The notes below the pieces were generated by a model. The model saw nothing but the letters and a program-made list of their open reading frames with translations. It ran no database searches and had not been told where the DNA came from. 64,000 nucleotides of DNA, taken from contig JAXDAV010000074.1 in assembly GCA_034679465.1 (NCBI GenBank), forward strand, positions 19,949-83,948, in the 5' to 3' direction. The number at the start of each line of letters is the position of its first letter. Within the stretch, counting starts at the first letter, position 1. The stretch comes from Candidatus Aminicenantes bacterium (GTDB lineage: Bacteria; Acidobacteriota; Aminicenantia; Aminicenantales; Saccharicenantaceae). Positions 18,446 through 25,999 of this stretch are shown here, one piece after another. The position numbers were made by a program, and so were the translations under genes.

Positions 18446-19192
18446 TCACGTTGAGTGCTCTTCTTCATGGGCGACGGCGCCCGCGATATAGATGCAGGAC
18501 AGGAGGACGAAGACGTAGGCCTGGATGAGCGAGGTGAAGATCGACAGGGCCATGAAGGGGAGCGGCAGCAGCAGCGGGAAGATCGAGGCCATGATCACGA
18601 TCAGCAGCTCCTCGGCGAAGATGTTGCAGAAGAGCCGCATCGACAGGGAGACCGGCCGGGAGAAGTGGCTGATGATCTCGATCGGCAGCATCAGCGGGGC
18701 CATGGCCGGGATCTCGCCCACGAAATGCTTGAAATACCTGAGGCCCTGCGTCTTGACGCCCTGGGCGTGATAGTAGAAGAACACGGCCAGGGCGCAGCCG
18801 ACGGTGACGTTGAGCTTGCTCGTCGGCGACATGAGGCCGGGGACGAGGCCGAGCATGTTGCAGAAAAAGATGAAGATGCCGACCGTGCCGATGACCGGGA
18901 CGTAGCGGCGGCCCTCCGGGCCGACGGCCTCGACGATGAGGCCCTCGAACATCCGGACGATCGTTTCGGCCACGGTCTGCCGGGGGGTCGGCACCAGGGC
19001 CGGCCTGCGGGCCAGGAGCCGGAGGAGGATCGGGACGAAGGCGGCCACGATGAGGACCATGACCAGGAAATCGGGGACGGCGTGGGCGGGGTCGACCTCG
19101 AGGCCGAACAGGCCGAGCAGAGCGGCGATGGGAGGGCCGAAGACGCGGTTGAAGGCGTCAACGATCCAGAGGCTGTGCTCTAGTCCTTCCAT
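18446..19192 (-). CDS. atpB: ATP synthase Fo subunit a
   Basis: Track ORF trimmed to ATG 19192 (MEGLEHSLWIV), 248 aa. Conserved RPVSLSMRLFCNIFAEE (essential Arg) and LIQAYVFVLL. Confidence 0.88.
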   Translation of the reverse strand: MEGLEHSLWIVDAFNRVFGPPIAALLGLFGLEVDPAHAVPDFLVMVLIVAAFVPILLRLLARRPALVPTPRQTVAETIVRMFEGLIVEAVGPEGRRYVPVIGTVGIFIFFCNMLGLVPGLMSPTSKLNVTVGCALAVFFYYHAQGVKTQGLRYFKHFVGEIPAMAPLMLPIEIISHFSRPVSLSMRLFCNIFAEELLIVIMASIFPLLLPLPFMALSIFTSLIQAYVFVLLSCIYIAGAVAHEEEHST

Positions 19193-19554
19193 GTCTTCAC
19201 GCCGCGAAGACCCCGGACGGCCTCGGCCAGCGATACCGGCACGATCGCGGAAACGCCCGCGACGAAGGCGAGGATCTTCTTCGGATAGAGGAGGATTATA
19301 AGGAAAAAGACGGCGCAAATCAACACGAGCCGGAGGGCGTAAAGGAAGATGCCGGAGCGCAACGCCCCCCGCGGCCCCTTCGAGAGGATGCGGGTCAGGG
19401 ACTGCTTCAGCCAGACGAAGCCCAGGGCCGAAAAGAGCCCCCCGGCGAAGAGGGCCAGCCCGGTCAGGGGATCGAAGACAAGGGCCGCGGCGATCGCCAG
19501 GGCGGCCGCCAGGCCGGCGATCTCGAAGGGAAGGCGCCGCAGGAGGAGGTCCAT
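19180..19554 (-). CDS. atpI: ATP synthase protein I (AtpI-like small membrane protein)
   Basis: 124 aa hydrophobic protein immediately upstream of atpB and overlapping it by 13 nt. Confidence 0.6.
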   Translation of the reverse strand: MDLLLRRLPFEIAGLAAALAIAAALVFDPLTGLALFAGGLFSALGFVWLKQSLTRILSKGPRGALRSGIFLYALRLVLICAVFFLIILLYPKKILAFVAGVSAIVPVSLAEAVRGLRGVKTWKD

Positions 19555-19563
19555 GGCCCCCGG

Positions 19564-19594
19564 ATTATAGCACGTCCCGACGATCGCCGGTCAA
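19564..19594 (-). promoter_or_regulatory. candidate promoter of atpI-atpB-atpE; the geometry implies a leaderless or near-leaderless mRNA
   Basis: On the minus strand, TTGACC (19589-19594), a 19 nt spacer, then a perfect TATAAT (19564-19569). Only 9 nt separate the -10 from the atpI ATG, with no SD. Confidence 0.4.
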
Positions 19595-19623
19595 TTGCGT
19601 ATGAGGAAGTGAGGGGCGCGTCC

Positions 19624-19652
19624 TTGACATCCTCCGGGCCCTCTCCGAGAAT
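19624..19652 (+). promoter_or_regulatory. candidate promoter of the divergent membrane-protein/AtpZ-like/lptD unit
   Basis: TTGACA (19624-19629), a 17 nt spacer, then GAGAAT (19647-19652). Confidence 0.35.
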
Positions 19653-19694
19653 AGGTCCGGGGAGCCTGGGCGCGTCCGGGGAGGGACACACGCC

Positions 19695-20048
19695 ATGTCG
19701 ACGGAATTCCTGGTCAAGTTCGCGGGACTCCTGGCCGGCATCCTGGCCCGGACGCTCCTGCCCTGGCTGCGCAAGGTGAGGGACGGGAAGGTCCGCGGCT
19801 TCAGCCGCCGCTATCTCTATTCCGCCCTGGCCTCCCTGGCCATCGGCCTCATCTTCGCCTTGGCCATCTTTCCCGAGCTCGAGGCCGGCGCCGGCGGCCG
19901 GACGTTCGAGGCTCTCTTCAAGCTCTTCTCGCTGGCCTTCGCCTTCGGCTTCGGCTGGAACGCGCTGGTCAACGAGGGTGGGGCCTGGGTCTCGACCCCC
20001 GCCGACCCGGAGGCCCGCCCGGCGGGCCGGAAGACGGAGGCCGCTTGA
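19695..20048 (+). CDS. hypothetical small membrane protein (117 aa)
   Basis: Three predicted hydrophobic helices. Its stop overlaps the TTG start of the next gene (TTGA). I recognise no family. Confidence 0.5.
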   Translation: MSTEFLVKFAGLLAGILARTLLPWLRKVRDGKVRGFSRRYLYSALASLAIGLIFALAIFPELEAGAGGRTFEALFKLFSLAFAFGFGWNALVNEGGAWVSTPADPEARPAGRKTEAA

Positions 20049-20284
20049 CGGACGAGACCCCCCGGGGCCCGGGCCTTCGGCGGCTGGTCGAGCTGACCTC
20101 GATCGGCCTCACCCTGCCGTCCTCGATCGCCGTGGGCCTCTTCATGGGCTACTTCCTCGACCGCTGGCTCGGCACCGGGCCCTGGCTCCTGCTCATCTTC
20201 ACCGTGCTCGGGATCGCCTCGGGGCTCCTGAGCCTGTTCCGGGCGCTCCGGAAAGAGATGAAGGACGACCCGCCCCGGGATTGA
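20045..20284 (+). CDS. AtpZ/ATPase_gene1-family small membrane protein (putative F0F1-ATPase accessory subunit)
   Basis: 79 aa. SIGLTLPSSIAVGLFMGYFLDRWLGTGPWLLLIFTVLGIASGLLSLFR matches the AtpZ pattern (G-Y-x-L-D-R/K-x-L-G-T-x-P-W). Confidence 0.65.
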   Translation: MTDETPRGPGLRRLVELTSIGLTLPSSIAVGLFMGYFLDRWLGTGPWLLLIFTVLGIASGLLSLFRALRKEMKDDPPRD

Positions 20285-20329
20285 CCGGCTCGTTTGCTTC
20301 TCCCTGACCGCTGTGCTACAAATCAGGCG

Positions 20330-22522
20330 ATGGAGCTTCGTCCTTTCCGGCCGGATCTCGCTCGCCTGGCCGCCGGAATATGCCTGGCGCTGACGCTCGC
20401 TTCCGCTCGGGCCCTGCCCGCGCCGCAAACGGTCCCCGAGGCCGCCCCCCCGGCCGAGGTCCGGATCCTGGCCCGGACCCAGGAGCGCGCCGGGGAGCGC
20501 GTCTTCGCCTCGGGCGACGTCGAGATCCGATACGGGGACTTCCTCCTCCTCGCCGACCGGGTCGAGTACGACCTCGAGACGAAGGACGTGCTGGCCGAGG
20601 GCAACGTCGTCGCCCAGTCGGACGGCCAGGTCATCCGCGGCGAGCGCATCCGCTACAACCTCGATTCCGGCCGCGGCACGATCGAGCAGGCCTCCGGCCT
20701 CGTGGCGCCCTCGGTCCTGTTCGAGGCCCGGACGCTCGAGCGCCGGCAGGCCGACCTCTACGGCTTGAAAGGGGCCCGGCTCACGGCCTGCGCCCAGCCG
20801 AACCCCCGCTGGAGCTTCAGTCTCTCGAAGGCCAACCTCAGGACGGGCGATTCCATCGAGATGTGGGACGCCGTCCTCCGGATCAAGAGCGTTCCCGTCT
20901 TCTACCTGCCCTACCTGCGCTATCCCCTGAAGGAGCGGGCCACCGGCTTCCTGATGCCGCAGATCGGCCTCGCAGGCGAGAAGGGCCTCTCCCTCTCCCA
21001 GGGCTTCTACTGGGCCCTGGCCCCGAACATGGACGCGACGCTCGGCCTCGATCTGTACGCCAAGCGCGGCCTCGGGGCCGGCCTGGAGTACCGCTACATG
21101 TTCCCCGGCGGGACCAAGGGCGACTTCAAGGCCTACTATTTCCTGTTCAAGAGGGAGCCCGGCGGGGCGCGGCCCGGCAGCTCCTCCATCATCCGGCTCA
21201 ACCACAACCAGGCCCTGCCCTTCGGCTTCAGCCTCGTCGCCGGCGTCGACTATCAGACCTCGTTCAGCTTCCTCCGGGAATTCGACAACAATTTCCAGCG
21301 GGCCGTGTCCTTCACCCGGACGACGCAGGCCTTCCTGTCCCGGTCATGGCGGAAGTTCAACCTGAGCGCCCGGGCCTCGCGCTTCGAGACCTACTTCTCC
21401 CAGATCGACGATTCGAACGTCTCGACGTCGCTGCCCCAGATCAACTTCAACGTCTTCAAGACCAGGCTGTTCAAGCCGCTCTATTTCTCCCTGGCCGCGA
21501 ACCTGACCCGCTGGCAGTACGGCTGGAAGTCCGACTACGAGGCCGGGACCGAGCGGCGCTCGACGCGGCTGGGCGTCAGCCCGTCGCTGAGCCTGCCGTT
21601 CACCTCGATCCCCTGGCTCACGGCCACGACGACGGTCACGGCCAACCTCCAGTACCACGGGCAGAGTCTCGATCCCGCGACCGGAGGGACCGTCGACGAG
21701 CCGCTCTTGACCCGGAACTTCGTCGCCGCCGTCGAGATCACCGGCCCCGTCCTCTACCGGCTCTTCTACGGCCGCGACGGCCGGGCCCGGCTCAAGAACA
21801 TCATCGAGCCCTATGTCAGCTACTCGTACGACAGCCCGACCAACGCGTCCGACCGGATCGTGACCAGCTACGGCTTCTTCCGCTATCATCAGATGAGCTA
21901 CGGGGTCGCCAGCCGCTTCCTCTTCCGGGGCGCGGACGACCGGGCGGTCGAGGTCTTCCAGCTGGGCCTCGGGCAGACCACCTACTTCTCACCCGAGGAC
22001 GGCCCGCTGTCGCCCTTCCCGGTCGACGGCGAGCCGCCCCGCTTCTCCGAGGTGACCGGGACGCTCCGCTTCTACCCGCAGGCCAAGCTCAGCCTCGACG
22101 CTTCGGCGGGCTACAACCCCTATTACCGCGACCTGTCGAGCCTGCGCCTCAGCGCCACGGCCGGGTCCAGGGCCGAGGGCGATTTCCTGACCCTGACCTG
22201 GTTCTCGAGCCGCAACCCCTGGATCACGGGGGTCGATCCCGCGCTCGTCTCCCTGTACAGCCGCGACCAGGTCGGCGCCTTCGGCGGTCTGCGGCTGCCC
22301 GGGCTCGACCTCGACCTCCAGCTCGAGGCCGACTACAACATCAAGGACCGCAAGCTCCTCTACACGGGCGCCCAGCTCACCTACCACTACCAGTGCGTCG
22401 ACATCCTCGTCGACGTCCGGGTCTTCCGCTTCCGGGCCCGGCCCGACACCCAGATCCGGGTCTCGCTCGGCCTCGGCTCGATCGGCCGGACGCTCGATTT
22501 CCTCGGGGGGTTTGGATTCTAG
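20330..22522 (+). CDS. lptD: LPS-assembly outer-membrane protein LptD
   Basis: Start moved to ATG 20330 (MELRPFRP; signal peptide ..ALTLASARA). It has an OstA-like N-domain (GDVEIRYGDFLLLADRVEYDLETKDVLAEGNV) and a large beta-barrel (VPVFYLPYLRYPL, GFLMPQIG). Confidence 0.85.
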   Translation: MELRPFRPDLARLAAGICLALTLASARALPAPQTVPEAAPPAEVRILARTQERAGERVFASGDVEIRYGDFLLLADRVEYDLETKDVLAEGNVVAQSDGQVIRGERIRYNLDSGRGTIEQASGLVAPSVLFEARTLERRQADLYGLKGARLTACAQPNPRWSFSLSKANLRTGDSIEMWDAVLRIKSVPVFYLPYLRYPLKERATGFLMPQIGLAGEKGLSLSQGFYWALAPNMDATLGLDLYAKRGLGAGLEYRYMFPGGTKGDFKAYYFLFKREPGGARPGSSSIIRLNHNQALPFGFSLVAGVDYQTSFSFLREFDNNFQRAVSFTRTTQAFLSRSWRKFNLSARASRFETYFSQIDDSNVSTSLPQINFNVFKTRLFKPLYFSLAANLTRWQYGWKSDYEAGTERRSTRLGVSPSLSLPFTSIPWLTATTTVTANLQYHGQSLDPATGGTVDEPLLTRNFVAAVEITGPVLYRLFYGRDGRARLKNIIEPYVSYSYDSPTNASDRIVTSYGFFRYHQMSYGVASRFLFRGADDRAVEVFQLGLGQTTYFSPEDGPLSPFPVDGEPPRFSEVTGTLRFYPQAKLSLDASAGYNPYYRDLSSLRLSATAGSRAEGDFLTLTWFSSRNPWITGVDPALVSLYSRDQVGAFGGLRLPGLDLDLQLEADYNIKDRKLLYTGAQLTYHYQCVDILVDVRVFRFRARPDTQIRVSLGLGSIGRTLDFLGGFGF

Positions 22523-22541
22523 CCCGGTTCCGCGGCCCGGC

Positions 22542-24011
22542 TCAGATGTTGAGCTCGAGCTGGCCGTCCTGGGCGGACCGGCGATCGGCCTCGATGTCCT
22601 CGAGGAGGTCCGGCGTGATGTCGCCCGTCGGGTAGATGCCGTCGAAGCAGGCGGCGCAGAAATTCCTGATTTTGGGGTTCTCCTGCTGGACCGCCTTCTT
22701 CAGGGCCGCGAGCGACTGGTAGATGACCTTGTCCGCGCCGATCTTGCGGGCCACGGCGGCCTCGTCGGCGTCCTGGGCGACGAACTCGGTCTTGGTCTGC
22801 ATGTCGATGCCGTAGACGCAGGGATGGCGCAGGGGCGGCGAGTACGAGGCGAAGTAGACCCTCCGGGCCCCGGCCTCACGGAGCATCTCGACGATGGCCC
22901 GGGAGGTGTTGCCCCGGACGATGCTGTCGTCGACGAGGAGGATCTTCTTGCCCCGGATCTCCGAGGCGATGGGATTGAGCTTCTGGCGCACGGAGCTCTT
23001 GCGCTGACCGTCGGCCGGCATGATGAAGGTCCGGCCGATGTAGCGGTTTTTGACCAGGGCCTCGCTGTACTTCAGGTTGAGCTTGCGGGCGATCTCGATG
23101 GCCGCGTCGCGGGCCGAATCGGGGACGGGCACGACGACGTCGATGGCGATCTTCCGCCGCCGGATCTCCGCGGCCAGGGACCGGCCGAGATTGACCCGGC
23201 ACTTGTAAACGTTGACCTTGTCGATGAACGTGTCCGGCCGGGCGAAGTAGACCCACTCGAACAGGCACGGCGACAGGCAGCCCCGGCGGACGTGCTTGCG
23301 GTGGAGGGTCCGGGACTTGTCGATGAAGACGGCCTCGCCGGCCTCGACGTCTCGGATCTCGCCGAAGTTCATGATGTTCAGGCTGACCGTCTCCGAAGCG
23401 AAGGCGTAGGAGGGGAGGAGGCCGTCCCGCCGGACGCCGTAGACGAGCGGCTTGATGCCGTAGGGGTCGCGGAAGGCGACCAGTCCCTGTCCGGCGATGT
23501 AGGCCACGACGGAAAAGCCGCCCCGGACCTTCCGATAGACCGCCTCGACGGCCTGGAAGATGTGCTCGGGGGACAAGTCCTTGGTCCGCTCGCGGGCCAG
23601 GGACTCGGCGAAGAGGTTGAGGATGATCTCGAGGTCGCAGTCGGAGTTGAGGTAGCGGTGATTGTCCGCGTAGAGCTCGTCGCGAAGCTCCTTGTAATTG
23701 GCGACGTTGCCGTTGTGGGCCATGATGAGGCCGAACGGCGAATTGAGCTGGAAGGGCTGGGCGTCGTCGCTGCCGCCGCCGCCGATCGTCGGGTAGCGGG
23801 TGTGGCCGATGCCGACCGGGCCGCGGAGGCGCTCGATGGCCTCCAGGGTGAAGATGTCGTGGACGAGCCCGTTGCCTTTCTTGGTGTGGAAGCGGCCGTC
23901 GAAGGTGATGATCCCGGCCGAATCCTGGCCGCGGTGCTGGATGGCCAGGAGGCCCTGGTACAGGTCCCGTATCACGGGGCCGTTGCCCCAGATGCCGATG
24001 ACGCCGCACAT
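22542..24011 (-). CDS. purF: amidophosphoribosyltransferase
   Basis: Track ORF trimmed to ATG 24011 (MCGVIGIWG, the Ntn Cys1), 489 aa. It has the PRTase motif ILLVDDSIVRGNT. Confidence 0.93.
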   Translation of the reverse strand: MCGVIGIWGNGPVIRDLYQGLLAIQHRGQDSAGIITFDGRFHTKKGNGLVHDIFTLEAIERLRGPVGIGHTRYPTIGGGGSDDAQPFQLNSPFGLIMAHNGNVANYKELRDELYADNHRYLNSDCDLEIILNLFAESLARERTKDLSPEHIFQAVEAVYRKVRGGFSVVAYIAGQGLVAFRDPYGIKPLVYGVRRDGLLPSYAFASETVSLNIMNFGEIRDVEAGEAVFIDKSRTLHRKHVRRGCLSPCLFEWVYFARPDTFIDKVNVYKCRVNLGRSLAAEIRRRKIAIDVVVPVPDSARDAAIEIARKLNLKYSEALVKNRYIGRTFIMPADGQRKSSVRQKLNPIASEIRGKKILLVDDSIVRGNTSRAIVEMLREAGARRVYFASYSPPLRHPCVYGIDMQTKTEFVAQDADEAAVARKIGADKVIYQSLAALKKAVQQENPKIRNFCAACFDGIYPTGDITPDLLEDIEADRRSAQDGQLELNI

Positions 24012-24013
24012 GG

Positions 24014-24202
24014 TCAGGCCTTGAGGGGGCGGTCGGGCTCGATCACGGCCTCGTCGATGATCATGACCGGGATGTCGTCCCGGATGGGATAGACGCGCCG
24101 GCAGGAGGCGCACTGGAGGCCTCGCTCGTCGGCCGTGAGCTTGACCTCGGTCTTGCACAGGGGGCAGGCCAAGATGGCCAGGAGCCCGGGACTGATGGAC
24201 AT
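24014..24202 (-). CDS. Trm112/YcaR-family small zinc-ribbon protein
   Basis: Start at ATG 24202 (MSISPGLLAILACPLCK...CASCRRVYPIRDDIPVMIIDEA), 62 aa, ending 2 nt upstream of the purF start. Confidence 0.75.
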   Translation of the reverse strand: MSISPGLLAILACPLCKTEVKLTADERGLQCASCRRVYPIRDDIPVMIIDEAVIEPDRPLKA

Positions 24203-24275
24203 GGCTGTCACCCTCTCTAGGATATTCTCTGCCGCCGCGCCCGTCAAGCGTCAAGCGGCCGGGCTGTCCCCAACC

Positions 24276-24305
24276 TTGCTTCGACCGGCGGAAGTCCCTT
24301 ATAAT
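24276..24305 (+). promoter_or_regulatory. candidate promoter of the GGCT-like gene
   Basis: TTGCTT (24276-24281), an 18 nt spacer, then a perfect TATAAT (24300-24305). An SD GGGAGGAGG precedes GTG 24346. Confidence 0.45.
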
Positions 24306-24345
24306 CCCCGGCGAGGGGACGGACCCCCCTGGGAGGAGGCCGGCC

Positions 24346-24783
24346 GTGCTGTACTTCGCCTACGCTTCGAACATGAACCGGGCCCAGATGAAAAGATGGT
24401 GCCCGGCGAGCCGGTTCCTCAAGGCCGCCCGCCTCGAGGGTTATCGGTTCATCTACGACGGCTTTTCTCCGACCTGGGACGGGGCCGTCGGGAACATCGT
24501 CAAGTCCGGGACCGAAGGTGTCTGGGGGGCCCTGTACGAGGTCACCGAGCGGGACCGGCTGACGCTCGACGCCTTCGAGGGATATCCGCGGAGCTACGAC
24601 CGCAAGGACGTCGAGGTCAGGGACCGGGACGGCCGCGTCGACCGGGCCATGACCTATTACCGGACCGGACGGGCCCTGGGGAAGCCCCATCCCGACTACG
24701 AGAGGATCGTCATCGACGGCGCCAAGGAGTGCGGCCTGCCCGACGAGTACATCGATGCGGCCCTGCGCGTGGTCCGGATTTAA
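24346..24783 (+). CDS. gamma-glutamylcyclotransferase (AIG2/GGCT-like) family protein
   Basis: 145 aa with the N-terminal YFAYASNM motif that is diagnostic of the GGCT fold. Confidence 0.7.
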   Translation: MLYFAYASNMNRAQMKRWCPASRFLKAARLEGYRFIYDGFSPTWDGAVGNIVKSGTEGVWGALYEVTERDRLTLDAFEGYPRSYDRKDVEVRDRDGRVDRAMTYYRTGRALGKPHPDYERIVIDGAKECGLPDEYIDAALRVVRI

Positions 24784-25946
24784 AAGCGGTAGCGAACCCC
24801 GGCGCGAACCGCTGCACCGGAGATGTTGATCCGGGCCTCGGCGGCGTCGACGACGCCGCTCTCCGAGGGGATGGCCGGCCGGATGGCGATGAGCGGATAG
24901 GCCGTTTCGCCGCCGGCCGTCTTGTGGAAGAAGTACAGCCTCCCCGCTTCCGTGAAGCCCCCGCCGCCGGAGGCGGTGAACACGCTCCTCCCGGTCAGCC
25001 CGCCGAAGGCGGCCACCCGGAGACCCGCCTCGGCGAAAAGGACGGTCCGCGGTGCGAGGTCCCATTCGCCTCCGACCGCCGCTTCGAGGCCAAGCCCGCT
25101 CGCGGTCGCCGAACCCTTCCGCTGTTCCCAGGCGTCGGCTCCTTCGAGGCGGAACAGGAACCCGGCTTTGACCGAGTAGAGCCCGAGCCCGCCCCGGACG
25201 TAGAGCCCGGCGCCGGGATAATAGCGGGCCAGGAGCTTGACCGGGACGGCCCGGACCGTCGGCTTGGTCGACACGGACTCGGAGAGGAGCCCGTCGCTGA
25301 GCGTGATCGTGTCCCCGTTGCCGCCCCGCAGGAAGTCCGCCCCGAGGCCGAGCGCGAACCGGGGCGAGAACCGGTAGGACAGCTCGAACCCGGCGACCAT
25401 CGCCAGGTGCAGGCGGTCGGCCGCGCCGGAGGCGCTCAGGCCGCCGGAGGCCGCGAGCCACTCGGGATAGCCCCGGGTCCCGTCGTTGAGATCGCGGGGG
25501 GCGAGCGTGGCCGCCCCGACGGAAACGGCGATCTCGAGAGGGATGGCGCCGGTCCGGAACTCCGGCCGCTCGATGGGGCCGATCCCTCCCCGCCGCGGCG
25601 TCCGGACGCGGGGCGGGGCCTGGGCCGGGGTCGACCTCGCCGGCGCGGCGGCCCTCACGCCCGCCTCGACGACCTCGACCAGGCTCTCGTGGATCCAGCC
25701 GCCGATGACGCCGCCGTCCTCGAGGGCGTAGCGGACGAAGTACCACTCCCCCTCCTTCCGGTCCGCTTCGAGGAGCGTGCCTTCCGGGACCTGCTGGACG
25801 ATGGAGCTGCCGATATCGGGCTTCTCCCGGAGGTTGGCCTGTTCGGCCGCGACCTTGATCTTCGCCGGCCGGGCCGGCGCGTCCTGGGCCGCGGCCGCGA
25901 GGGCCAGGGCCAGGAGAGAGAGGACGATGCAGGCGTATTTTCTCAT
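24780..25946 (-). CDS. secreted SH3b-domain protein fused to a C-terminal outer-membrane beta-barrel
   Basis: 388 aa. It has a signal peptide (..ALAAAAQD), an SH3b-like segment (ANLREKPDIGSSIVQQVPEGTLLEADRKEGEWYFVRY..GGWIH), a Pro/Ala/Arg linker, then alternating-hydrophobic strands ending ..AGVRYRF (terminal Phe). Confidence 0.6.
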   Translation of the reverse strand: MRKYACIVLSLLALALAAAAQDAPARPAKIKVAAEQANLREKPDIGSSIVQQVPEGTLLEADRKEGEWYFVRYALEDGGVIGGWIHESLVEVVEAGVRAAAPARSTPAQAPPRVRTPRRGGIGPIERPEFRTGAIPLEIAVSVGAATLAPRDLNDGTRGYPEWLAASGGLSASGAADRLHLAMVAGFELSYRFSPRFALGLGADFLRGGNGDTITLSDGLLSESVSTKPTVRAVPVKLLARYYPGAGLYVRGGLGLYSVKAGFLFRLEGADAWEQRKGSATASGLGLEAAVGGEWDLAPRTVLFAEAGLRVAAFGGLTGRSVFTASGGGGFTEAGRLYFFHKTAGGETAYPLIAIRPAIPSESGVVDAAEARINISGAAVRAGVRYRF

Positions 25947-25999
25947 GGGCTCACCCGGAGGCCATTATAGCCCACCGTCTGAACCCCGACAACTCCGCT

